Shown piece after piece: positions 1-8,155 of a stretch of 52,052 nucleotides of DNA (within the stretch, counting starts at the first letter, position 1; each line of letters starts with the position of its first letter). The position numbers were made by a program, and so were the translations under genes. Source of the stretch: Oscillospiraceae bacterium. Its GTDB lineage: Bacteria > Bacillota > Clostridia > Oscillospirales > CAG-272. The notes below the pieces were generated by a model. It had not been told where the DNA came from. It searched no databases and saw only the letters and a list, made by a program, of their open reading frames with translations. The stretch is from positions 1 through 52,052 of the forward strand of contig SVTA01000002.1 in assembly GCA_015064005.1 (NCBI GenBank), in the 5' to 3' direction.

Positions 1-180
1 GTCGCTTCGCTCGGCTCGATATATTTGCCTTGCAGCAAATTCGATATGTTTTCGCTACGCTCAAACTCGATATGATATAAATCCGCGCTCACGCAGTGAG
101 CATATCGAGTGCGACAGCACATATCGAACGCGTTAGCGTATATCGAAAATCCGCATTAGCGGATTTATATCGATGCGTAT
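1..180. repeat. Word/mini-hairpin array A. TCGATAT occurs 3 times (16-22, 41-47, 67-73), then the inverted ATATCGA 4 times (102-108, 121-127, 140-146, 167-173). The words are separated by different short stem-loops. The array probably continues left of the window.
   Basis: Direct reading. Spacers fold as atttgc/gcaaat, gctcac/gtgagc, gtgc/gcac, acgc/gcgt and aaatccgc/gcggattt. GCTTCGC is at 4-10. The array lies downstream of the pdxK stop. Confidence 0.75.
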
Positions 181-221
181 CTGCTCTATGGCAGGTACGC
201 TACAGCCGTGCTTTTTTTATT

Positions 222-1067
222 TCAATGATTGATCGCCGCAGTCAGTATGGGAAGTGCCTTCTCGAATTTCGCGCCGTACCAATGGCTGTCGTCGTCTGCG
301 GTAGCGCGCATGGCGGCCAGCGTGAAATCCGCCGCAAGGGTGGCGGCCTCCAGCGGTGCTTTGCCCTGCACCAGTGCGCCGGTAAAGGCTGCGGCAAAAA
401 TATCACCGGTGCCATGGCAGCTTTTAGGCAGCCGCTCGTGGAAGTAATAGGAAATTTCCCGATCGCCGCGGCTGAAAACGGCCACGCCCAGCTGCTCCGG
501 CCGGTAGCTCACGCCGGTCAGCACCACGGTTTTCGCACCAAGGGCGAGCAACCGCTCCATCAGATCGCGGATATAGCTCTCGTCGTAGCCCTCGCCCACG
601 TAAGGCGCATCGGTCATCATAGCCGCCTCCGTAATATTGGGCAGCACGATATCCGCCTCGCCGCACAGGCCACCCATGGCGTGCGCATACACCTCGTCAA
701 AGCCAAAATACAGCTTGCCGTGATCCGCCATGGCCGGATCCACGATCTTCACGGCGCCGGGAGCTGCCACCCGCCGGAAGATATCCTTGATCATGTCGAT
801 CTGTCTGGTGCTGCCGAGATATCCGGTGTAGATGGCGTCGAAGGCGAGGCCCTCCTTCACCCAATGATCGACGATGCCGGGAATATCGTCGGTAAGATCC
901 CGCACCGTGAAGCCGCTAAATCCGCCCGTGTGGGTGGAAAGCACCGCTGATGGAAGAATGGCTGTTTCCACACCGCAGGCGGAAATGATGGGCAGCGCCA
1001 CCGTCAGCGAGCATTGTCCAAAGCAGGAAATATCCTGCACCGTTAATACCTTTTTATCCGTTGCCAT
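222..1067 (-). CDS. pdxK: Pyridoxal/pyridoxamine kinase (ribokinase superfamily)
   Basis: The translation MATDKKVLTVQDISCFGQCSLTVALPIISACGVETAILPSAVLSTHTGGF is typical of Firmicute PdxK. The ATG at 1067 is preceded by GGAGGTG. The longer ORF start at 1106 has no RBS. Confidence 0.85.
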   Translation of the reverse strand: MATDKKVLTVQDISCFGQCSLTVALPIISACGVETAILPSAVLSTHTGGFSGFTVRDLTDDIPGIVDHWVKEGLAFDAIYTGYLGSTRQIDMIKDIFRRVAAPGAVKIVDPAMADHGKLYFGFDEVYAHAMGGLCGEADIVLPNITEAAMMTDAPYVGEGYDESYIRDLMERLLALGAKTVVLTGVSYRPEQLGVAVFSRGDREISYYFHERLPKSCHGTGDIFAAAFTGALVQGKAPLEAATLAADFTLAAMRATADDDSHWYGAKFEKALPILTAAINH

Positions 1068-1220
1068 TGTACACCTCCGGGGTTTTGTTTCCTCATTGTA
1101 CCACAAATCTGACCCGAGAAAAATACCCAGAAAAGAACTTTTTTATCATACCAGATGGTGGTTCTAAACTTGTCCTCCGCCGCATAGATTGAACCAAAGA
1201 ACCAACAGGAGGCAAACGGT

Positions 1221-2126
1221 ATGCAAAATGTCATCATCCATCAAGGCTTTCTGCCGGATCTGCTATATCAGCTGCTGCCGGAGCGCCTGCTGGCTTCCAT
1301 TGCCGAGGTGCTGCCGCCTGACGCCACACCGGAGGAGATCCACCTGCGATGCGGGCGCTGCGCTTCCATCACCGTGCGGGGTAAGAGTCTGCGCCTTTCT
1401 GCCGTGTGGACCGGCGCGGAGCTGGAACGGCTGCTGCTGCAGCTTTGTCAGGGCTCGCGCTATGCTCATGAGGAAACCCTGCGCGAGGGATATCTGATGC
1501 TGGAGGGCGGTGTGCGGGTGGGTGTCTGCGGCCGCGCCGCCGTTGTGGACGGCAGAGTAACGGACATCGCGGCGCTGACGGCGCTGGTTTTCCGTATTCC
1601 CTGCGATATCCCCCAAAACGGTATCGATTTTTGCCATTTGCTGCGGTGTCTTCCGCAAGGGAAGGGGCTGCTGATCTACGCACCGCCCGGTGGCGGAAAA
1701 ACCACCGCCCTGCGCTGCGCCGCGGTCAGCCTTGCCGGCGGGGAGCATCCCCTGCGTGTGGCGGTGGTGGATACCCGCAGAGAGCTGCTGCTTCCCAACG
1801 ATCCCTCCCTTTTGGTGGACGTGCTGTCCGCCTATCCCAAGCACGTGGGCATTTCCATTGCCGCACGCACACTGGGAGCGGAGGTCATTCTCACCGACGA
1901 GATCGGAACCAAGGAGGAGGCCGAGGCCATTCTCGGTGCCCAGACCTGCGGCGTGCCGCTGCTGGCCACCGCCCACGGAGCAGAGCTATCGGAGCTTTTG
2001 CGGCGACCCGCTATCCGCTTGCTGCACGAGGCAAGATGCTTTGGCGCTTATGCCGGGCTATCCCGCACCGAGGCGGGGCAAGCACTGGCCGTGACCTCCT
2101 TTGAGGCCGCAGATGCTTTACTGTAA
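1221..2126 (+). CDS. spoIIIAA: Stage III sporulation protein AA (ATPase)
   Basis: Walker A motif APPGGGKTT. It is the first gene of a co-linear AA-AG cluster. RBS AGGAGG lies upstream of the ATG. Confidence 0.9.
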   Translation: MQNVIIHQGFLPDLLYQLLPERLLASIAEVLPPDATPEEIHLRCGRCASITVRGKSLRLSAVWTGAELERLLLQLCQGSRYAHEETLREGYLMLEGGVRVGVCGRAAVVDGRVTDIAALTALVFRIPCDIPQNGIDFCHLLRCLPQGKGLLIYAPPGGGKTTALRCAAVSLAGGEHPLRVAVVDTRRELLLPNDPSLLVDVLSAYPKHVGISIAARTLGAEVILTDEIGTKEEAEAILGAQTCGVPLLATAHGAELSELLRRPAIRLLHEARCFGAYAGLSRTEAGQALAVTSFEAADALL

Positions 2127-2592
2127 GCTGCTGGGCGCCGGGCTGCTCCTCGGCTGCGGATTGCTGGTAGGTGCGCTGCATGCAACGCTTTTGCGGCGGC
2201 GGGTGCAGCAGATGGAGGCCTTTTTGACGCTACTCACCGCACTGCGGGAGCAGATCGATCGCTACGCCGCGCCGCTACAGAGCGCCCTTGAAACGCTGGA
2301 TGCTTCCCTGCTTGCCGCCTGCGGCATTCACGAGCGCGTCCGACAGCCGGAGGAACTGCTGACGGCAGCGCCCCTTTACCTTTCAAAAGAAGGCGCAGAG
2401 GCGCTGAGACTGTTTGCGCGGGACGTTGTTGGCGTCGGCAAAGAGGAGCTGTTGCGGCGTTGCGATGCAGCCATCGAGCGACTGCGACTCTACGGGGAGG
2501 CCGCACGGCGCACGCTCCCCCGCGATACGCGGGCGGCGCTTTTTCTGCCATCGGCCACTGCCGCGGTGCTGGCACTGCTGCTATGGGACTAA
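2113..2592 (+). CDS. spoIIIAB: Stage III sporulation protein AB
   Basis: Supported by its position in the operon, an N-terminal TM segment and a helical remainder. The ATG at 2113 overlaps the spoIIIAA end. A TTG at 2101 is an alternative start. Confidence 0.75.
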   Translation: MLYCKLLGAGLLLGCGLLVGALHATLLRRRVQQMEAFLTLLTALREQIDRYAAPLQSALETLDASLLAACGIHERVRQPEELLTAAPLYLSKEGAEALRLFARDVVGVGKEELLRRCDAAIERLRLYGEAARRTLPRDTRAALFLPSATAAVLALLLWD

Positions 2593-2650
2593 CGGCGCCG
2601 CAAGGAAATGGAATGAGCGGCCGGATTTCCGGCCATAGGAGGATCATATC

Positions 2651-2845
2651 GTGGACGTAAGTTTGATTTTTCGCGTGGCCGGAGTGGGGATCTTAGTGGC
2701 CATTGCCGTGCAGATCCTGCAAAAGACCGGCAGGGACGAGCAGGCCACGCTGGTAACCGTATCAGGCATCGTAGTGGTATTTTTAATGCTGGTGGGCGAG
2801 ATCGGAGAGCTGTTTTCCGCTGTGCGCGAGATCTTCGGCTTCTGA
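2651..2845 (+). CDS. spoIIIAC: Stage III sporulation protein AC (64 aa, two TM)
   Basis: MDVSLIFRVAGVGILVAIAVQILQKTGRDEQATLVTVSGIVVV matches the SpoIIIAC pattern. GTG start with AGGAGG 9 nt upstream. Confidence 0.85.
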   Translation: MDVSLIFRVAGVGILVAIAVQILQKTGRDEQATLVTVSGIVVVFLMLVGEIGELFSAVREIFGF

Positions 2846-3231
2846 TGGGCGCCCTGCAGATGACGGGCGTGGCGCTTCTCGCTTCTATGCTGTTGCTGTT
2901 GCTGCGGGAGCTGCGCCCGGCGGCAGCGCCGCCACTGCGGCTGGCGGCAAGCATCTTTTTTGTCAGCGGCGCACTCTCGCTTCTCTCCCCTGCTCTCCTG
3001 CGCCTTGGCGAGCTTCTTTCATTGGCCGGCGGCGATGCTTACACCGAACTTTTGCTGACGGCGACAGGAATCGCGCTTGCTTGCGAGCTGGGCGCCGGCT
3101 TTTGCAGGGATCTGGGAGAAAGCGGCATAGCCGAGGGGCTGCTGTTCTTTGGACGGGCAGAAATACTGTTGCTGGCACTACCGCTGGTGGATCAGCTGGT
3201 GGATCTGGCAAGGGAGATGCTGTCATGGTAA
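2845..3231 (+). CDS. spoIIIAD: Stage III sporulation protein AD
   Basis: 128-aa polytopic membrane protein that directly follows AC with a TGATG overlap. Confidence 0.8.
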   Translation: MGALQMTGVALLASMLLLLLRELRPAAAPPLRLAASIFFVSGALSLLSPALLRLGELLSLAGGDAYTELLLTATGIALACELGAGFCRDLGESGIAEGLLFFGRAEILLLALPLVDQLVDLAREMLSW

Positions 3232-4376
3232 AAAAAGTGGCGAAAATGTGCGGAATATGCCTTCTTTTACTGGTCTGTTTCGCAATCAACGCCGGCGCGG
3301 CGGAGATAGAAATCGGCGCGGAAAGCGCCGCTATTGCCGAAGATTGGCAGCACTTCCTTGACGCCATCCCAGAGGAGATCGCCGATCTCCTGCCCGAGGG
3401 CTTCTTTTCTGAAGATGTGGAGGGTGCGGGGGAGGCCCTGGCGGAGGCTGGCAGCATTTCGGTGATTTTCGATACCGTTTTACGGTTAAGTGGGATTTCC
3501 ATCAAGGACGCGATAGGGCTTTTGGCGCGCATTTGCGGCATTTTGGTGCTGGCAGCAGTGCTGCGCACCGTCACCGACGGCAAAAGCGACGGTGTCTGGC
3601 GAGCGAGCTCGCTTTGCACCACAGCCACGCTTGCGTTGGTGATCCTGCTGCAGCAAAACACAAAATTCGCAGCAATCGGGGCTTGTTTCGATACCGTTCG
3701 GGGGCTTTCTACCGCACTGCTCCCGCTGATGGGCACGCTGTACGCTATGGGTGGCAACGTATCTACTGCCGTTGCGCACCACGGCGTAATGAGCGTGTTT
3801 CTGGCCATATTAGAAAATGTCTGCAGCGCCACAGCGCTGCCCTTGGCAGGCATTTGCCTGACCATGGCGCTGTTGGACAGCGTCAGCGACGGCCTTTCCC
3901 TTCGTTCCCTCACTGCCCTCATCAAGCGCACCTACACCTTTGCGCTTTCTCTGGTCATGCTGCTGCTTTGTGGAGTGCTGGGGCTGCAATCCACCCTTGG
4001 AAAGGGTGCGGACACACTGGCGCTACGCACCATCCGCTTTGCGGTGGGCAGCTTTCTGCCGGTGGTGGGAGGATCTGTTTCCGAAAGCTTGCGCACCGTG
4101 GCGGGCAGCGTGGCGTATTTGCGAGGCACAGTGGGGGTTGGCGGTATACTGGTGCTGTTTTTTGCCTTTCTCCCTTTATTTTTATCGGTTCTGTTTACCC
4201 GAATGGCCCTTCAGCTGGGTGGCTCGGTGGCGGGCATGCTCGCCTGCCAAAGAGAGGAGCGGCTCCTGGCCGAGCTCGCCGGTGTATGCGGCTACTTCAT
4301 GGCCATCATCGCCTGCCTGTTCGTCACCGTTTCCTTCTCGCTGACCCTGCTTGCCCACTGCGCGGCAGCCATTTAA
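3225..4376 (+). CDS. spoIIIAE: Stage III sporulation protein AE
   Basis: Signal-like N-terminus MVKKVAKMCGICLLLLV followed by a polytopic C-terminal half. The ATG at 3225 overlaps the AD stop. The 5' extension of the ORF track (from 3081) lies inside AD. Confidence 0.85.
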   Translation: MVKKVAKMCGICLLLLVCFAINAGAAEIEIGAESAAIAEDWQHFLDAIPEEIADLLPEGFFSEDVEGAGEALAEAGSISVIFDTVLRLSGISIKDAIGLLARICGILVLAAVLRTVTDGKSDGVWRASSLCTTATLALVILLQQNTKFAAIGACFDTVRGLSTALLPLMGTLYAMGGNVSTAVAHHGVMSVFLAILENVCSATALPLAGICLTMALLDSVSDGLSLRSLTALIKRTYTFALSLVMLLLCGVLGLQSTLGKGADTLALRTIRFAVGSFLPVVGGSVSESLRTVAGSVAYLRGTVGVGGILVLFFAFLPLFLSVLFTRMALQLGGSVAGMLACQREERLLAELAGVCGYFMAIIACLFVTVSFSLTLLAHCAAAI

Positions 4377-4392
4377 AACCGAAAGGAGTGTT

Positions 4393-4866
4393 ATGCTGCA
4401 AACAACCTTACTCGGGCTTTTTGGCATCCTCTTGGCCACTTCGCTGATGGGACTCCTATGGGGCGGAGATCGTTCACGCGGCCCTCGCGGCGCCGTGACG
4501 TTGATTACGGGGCTCTTGGTGCTGACGCTATTGCTGCAGCCCCTCTTAGCCTTGTTTCGAGGCGATATTGACCTTTCTCTGGAGGGCATACAGCCCCCCG
4601 AGGAGCTGGAAGCGCAGTATCGGGAGGCCTTTGAGGAGGCACTGGCCGCTCGAGGTGAGGAGGATCTGCGAAGCGGACTCTACGCACTGCTGAAGGAACG
4701 GTATCAGCTGGAAGTCAAGGATGCCCAAATACGCATTTTTTACGATGATGAAAAAAATCTCTCCGCCATCGGGATCACACTGCAGAAAGAGGGACTCCTA
4801 CAGGATCCGCGACGCATAGAACGCGATCTTGAAAATATACTTGAATGCAACGTGGAGGTGCGATAA
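4393..4866 (+). CDS. spoIIIAF: Stage III sporulation protein AF
   Basis: Two N-terminal TM helices plus a soluble C-terminal domain. RBS AAAGGAG precedes the ATG at 4393. Confidence 0.75.
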   Translation: MLQTTLLGLFGILLATSLMGLLWGGDRSRGPRGAVTLITGLLVLTLLLQPLLALFRGDIDLSLEGIQPPEELEAQYREAFEEALAARGEEDLRSGLYALLKERYQLEVKDAQIRIFYDDEKNLSAIGITLQKEGLLQDPRRIERDLENILECNVEVR

Positions 4867-5366
4867 TGCGAGAAAATATCAAAGTATACGGCATCCTTGA
4901 CTATTTAAAAGAGCGAAAAAAGCTACCCCTGATCATCGGCGGCCTCTTGCTGGGCATTTTTCTGCTGATTCTTGGCGGCATCAGCACCTCAAAGGGAGAG
5001 ATTTCAAATCAACCGGATGCATTGGCATTGCGGGCAGAGGAGCTGCGCCTTTTCGAGGCGCAGCTCGAAAAGGAGATTGAGGTGCTGTGCGAATCGGTGG
5101 GAGGCGTTTCGGACGCCACGGTGATGGTCAGCTTTTCACGCGGCTATTTGGTCAAGTACACCGCCGATGCCGACGGTGATCCCACCACCGTGGGCAGCGG
5201 CAGCAGCGAGGAGGCGGTCTTTGGAACGCTGGAGCCCCCCGCCGTTATCGGCGTGGGCATCGTCTGCCGCGGCGGACACAGCGCCGAGGTGCAGCAGGTA
5301 CTGGTGGAGCTGGTTTCCACCGCGCTGGGCATCCCGGCCAATCGGGTCTACATCGCGGGAAAGTGA
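4866..5366 (+). CDS. spoIIIAG: Stage III sporulation protein AG
   Basis: Single TM segment. The C-terminus PPAVIGVGIVCRGGHSAEVQQVLVELVSTALGIPANRVYI resembles the SpoIIIAG ring-forming domain. The start overlaps the AF stop (TAATG). Confidence 0.8.
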   Translation: MRENIKVYGILDYLKERKKLPLIIGGLLLGIFLLILGGISTSKGEISNQPDALALRAEELRLFEAQLEKEIEVLCESVGGVSDATVMVSFSRGYLVKYTADADGDPTTVGSGSSEEAVFGTLEPPAVIGVGIVCRGGHSAEVQQVLVELVSTALGIPANRVYIAGK

Positions 5367-5402
5367 CAAGCACCGGGAAACGGAACCGTTTCCCGGTGCT
5401 TG
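5367..5402. terminator. Perfect 17-bp stem hairpin lying exactly between two convergent stop codons
   Basis: caagcaccgggaaacgg-aa-ccgtttcccggtgcttg. There is no flanking U-tract on either strand. Confidence 0.6.
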
Positions 5403-6176
5403 TCATATCAGTCTTCTATACAGCGCGGCGCGACCCTTGGTGCCGCATTTTTCAACAGCGCCAAGTCCCGCAAAGACAAAAAGCACGTCGTAGAGGTCAT
5501 ATCCCCGCAAATGGGTCAGCTTGCCGAACTCCTTGGCAGTAAATTCCACGGGAGCATCGGTTGGGAACAGTGCGAGGTAATCCTCCTTTTTTTGCAGGTG
5601 AAAGGTATCCAGCAACGCCATGGGCATCAGCTCATAGCGGTGGGAGCCTCGCTTTTTATCTCTGCCCCAGCCGTCAAGCAGCCGATACTCGTCCACCTCC
5701 AGCAGCGGCAGGCAATAGGAAAAGCGCGGGGTGCCAATATAGTCAAGGAAGGGCTTCAGCTCCCCGAGCGCCCGCAGGGGCGTTTCGTGCAGGGGAGATT
5801 TTTTTCGCACGCTGACCTCGCCGGTGGCGGGATCCATCCAGCTGATCCACTTCTGCCCCATCAGAGGATGCACCACCGTAAGGCGGAAGTCGGTTTCTTC
5901 CATATAGAAGGCAACCTTGCGGCGCATGGGATAGAGTCCTCCCGTCTGGATCTCGTATATGTCCCCTGTGGGGGTCAGAATGTCCGCCTCGAAGCGGGTC
6001 GGCTTTCCATCCCGTCCGGGCACCTTTTTTTCATGGCACGTGGCGTCGTCCAAGATCCATCGCTTCAAAACGCTGTGGAGCCGCTTTTCCGCCAGCAATC
6101 CGATGCTATCTCTTTCCTTCGTCCGCAGCAGCTCCTCATAGCAGAGCCGCGCGAAGGTGATCTTGCCCGCCTCCAT
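5403..6176 (-). CDS. Conserved hypothetical protein, possibly PD-(D/E)XK / CoiA-like nuclease fold
   Basis: Balanced protein-like composition (the opposite-strand ORF is not). FEADILTPTGDIYEIQTG resembles a D...E-x-Q/K nuclease core. Its ATG overlaps the stop of the upstream ABC gene (ATGA). Confidence 0.6.
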   Translation of the reverse strand: MEAGKITFARLCYEELLRTKERDSIGLLAEKRLHSVLKRWILDDATCHEKKVPGRDGKPTRFEADILTPTGDIYEIQTGGLYPMRRKVAFYMEETDFRLTVVHPLMGQKWISWMDPATGEVSVRKKSPLHETPLRALGELKPFLDYIGTPRFSYCLPLLEVDEYRLLDGWGRDKKRGSHRYELMPMALLDTFHLQKKEDYLALFPTDAPVEFTAKEFGKLTHLRGYDLYDVLFVFAGLGAVEKCGTKGRAALYRRLI

Positions 6177-8155
6177 CAGGTGGCAATACCCGCAAACTGA
6201 TTGCGGTAGAGCTTGGCATACTCGCCACCCTGCTGCAGCAGCACCTCGTGGCTGCCGGATTCCGCAATGACGCCATCCTTGACCACCACGATCACGTCCG
6301 CGTCACGAATGGTGGACAAACGGTGGGCGATCACAAGGGAGGTGCGGTTCTTCATCAATGCCAGCATAGCCTGCTGAATGTGCATCTCCGTGCGGGTGTC
6401 CACCGACGAGGTGGCCTCGTCAAGAATGAGAATTTTCGGGTCGGCCAGCACCGCCCGGGCAATGGCCAGCAGCTGTCGCTGTCCTCTTGACAGGTTGCTG
6501 CCGCCCTCGGCCAGCACCGTGTCGTAGCCGTCGGGCAGACGGTTGATGAAGCGATCTGCCTTGGCATGAGCCGCTGCCGCCTCCATTTCCGCATCCGTAG
6601 CGTCGGGGCGGCTGTATTTGATATTGGCGCGAATGGTATCGTGGAACAGCACCGTATCCTGCAGCACGATGGCGATGGAGCGGCGCAGCGTCCGCTTGGG
6701 CAGCTGGCGAATATCCATACCGTCCACGGTGATATTGCCATCCACCACCTCATAAAAGCGCGTAAGCAGGTTGACCACGGTGGTCTTGCCGGAGCCGGTG
6801 GCACCCACAATGGCGATCTTCTGCCCCGCCTTGACGGTGAGATCCAGCCCCCGCAGCACTGGCTCGCCCTCCACGTAATGGAACTGCACCTTCGAGAACT
6901 GAATATCGCCCTTGATCTCGGCCGGCAGCACCTCCAGGGTACCCTCGTCGATCTCGTCGGGGCTATCCATGATCTCGAAAATGCGCTCCGCACCCGCGAG
7001 CGCGGTGAGAATGGTGGAATACTGATTGGCGATCTGGTTGATGGGATGGGTGAATTTTTTGGAATAGGAAAGCATGGACTGAATGTTGCCGATGCTGACG
7101 GTGCTGCTGCCCGAGAACAGGATCAGCGCACCTCCGGTGGCGGCAATGAGTACGTATTGCAGATTGCCGATAAAGTTCATCACCGGGCCCATAATGGAGC
7201 CCCACACCCGCGCCTTGACGGCGCAGTCCCGCAGCTCGCCGCTGATACCGCTGAAGACGTGCACTGCATCCTGCTCCTTGCCGTAGGCCACCACGGTCTC
7301 GTAGGATGTGACCATTTCCTCCACAGTGCCGTTGAGACTGCCCAGCAGCCGCTGCTGACGGATAAAATATTTCCGCATGAATTTGGCAAGCTTGGTGGAA
7401 ACAAATATGGAAAGCGGAATGGTCACCAACGCCACCAGCGTCATCACGGGGCTTAACACCAGCATCATGGAGAAGGCGCCCACCAGCGTGATCACACCGG
7501 AAAACAGCGCGGTGATGGACTGGGAAATGGCGTTGGACACGTTCTCTGCATCATTGGTCATGCGGGACATCAGGTCGCCGTGGCGATGAGTATCGGTATA
7601 GGAAATGGGCAGACGGGAGATCTTATGGAAGAGATCGCTGCGCAGATTATAGACCGTCTGCTGGGAAAGCTTGGCCGAAATGGTGCCCTGAAAATAGCTG
7701 AGCAGCGAGCTTGCAAGGAACAGCACGCCCATAGCCACGAGATTGGGCACGAGACCCGCGGTTTTGCCGCTGCGTCCCACGTAGGCGCCGGCAGTAAAAT
7801 GCACCTTAAAGGTGGTTTTTACCTCAATATCCCCCCAAACGGGGTCGTTTTTTTCGTAGTCAAAGAGAATTTCGCCGGTTTCGGCATTGCGGTAGACAGG
7901 CTCGATGGCGTCAATGGCTCTACCCTGCAAAAGCGGGCCGCAGAGATCCGCTGCCGTCACCAACAGCATGATGACAAGCAGACTGATCAGCACGTATTTG
8001 CTCCTGCCGAGATACCGCAGCAATCTGCCGATAGTCTTTTTCATATTCTTGGGCTTTTGCACCACGGCGCGGCTGTTCATATTGCCGCGGCCGGGGCGGA
8101 AATCCAACGCAGGCGCCGTCTGACGGCGCTCCTCGCGGCGTTCACCGTTATTCAT
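6176..8155 (-). CDS. ABC exporter, fused permease/ATPase subunit (MdlB/MsbA type)
   Basis: Six-TM N-terminal half. Walker A GATGSGKTT, signature LSRGQRQ, Walker B ILILDEATS. The ATG at 8155 is preceded by AGGGAGGTG and overlaps the partner gene's stop. Confidence 0.9.
   Translation of the reverse strand: MNNGERREERRQTAPALDFRPGRGNMNSRAVVQKPKNMKKTIGRLLRYLGRSKYVLISLLVIMLLVTAADLCGPLLQGRAIDAIEPVYRNAETGEILFDYEKNDPVWGDIEVKTTFKVHFTAGAYVGRSGKTAGLVPNLVAMGVLFLASSLLSYFQGTISAKLSQQTVYNLRSDLFHKISRLPISYTDTHRHGDLMSRMTNDAENVSNAISQSITALFSGVITLVGAFSMMLVLSPVMTLVALVTIPLSIFVSTKLAKFMRKYFIRQQRLLGSLNGTVEEMVTSYETVVAYGKEQDAVHVFSGISGELRDCAVKARVWGSIMGPVMNFIGNLQYVLIAATGGALILFSGSSTVSIGNIQSMLSYSKKFTHPINQIANQYSTILTALAGAERIFEIMDSPDEIDEGTLEVLPAEIKGDIQFSKVQFHYVEGEPVLRGLDLTVKAGQKIAIVGATGSGKTTVVNLLTRFYEVVDGNITVDGMDIRQLPKRTLRRSIAIVLQDTVLFHDTIRANIKYSRPDATDAEMEAAAAHAKADRFINRLPDGYDTVLAEGGSNLSRGQRQLLAIARAVLADPKILILDEATSSVDTRTEMHIQQAMLALMKNRTSLVIAHRLSTIRDADVIVVVKDGVIAESGSHEVLLQQGGEYAKLYRNQFAGIAT

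Noticed and set aside
1183-1190. Candidate mother-cell (sigma-E-like) -10 CATAGATT upstream of spoIIIAA, and CATAGTA (11001-11007) upstream of spoIVB as a forespore-type -10
   Set aside because: I could not find convincing -35 elements at the proper spacing for either, so they are not reported as features.
5400-6200. 266-aa plus-strand ORF competing with the 5403-6176 minus-strand gene
   Set aside because: The minus-strand product has balanced, protein-like composition and is translationally coupled to the ABC gene. The plus-strand product is Q/G/H/R/L-rich with no motifs.
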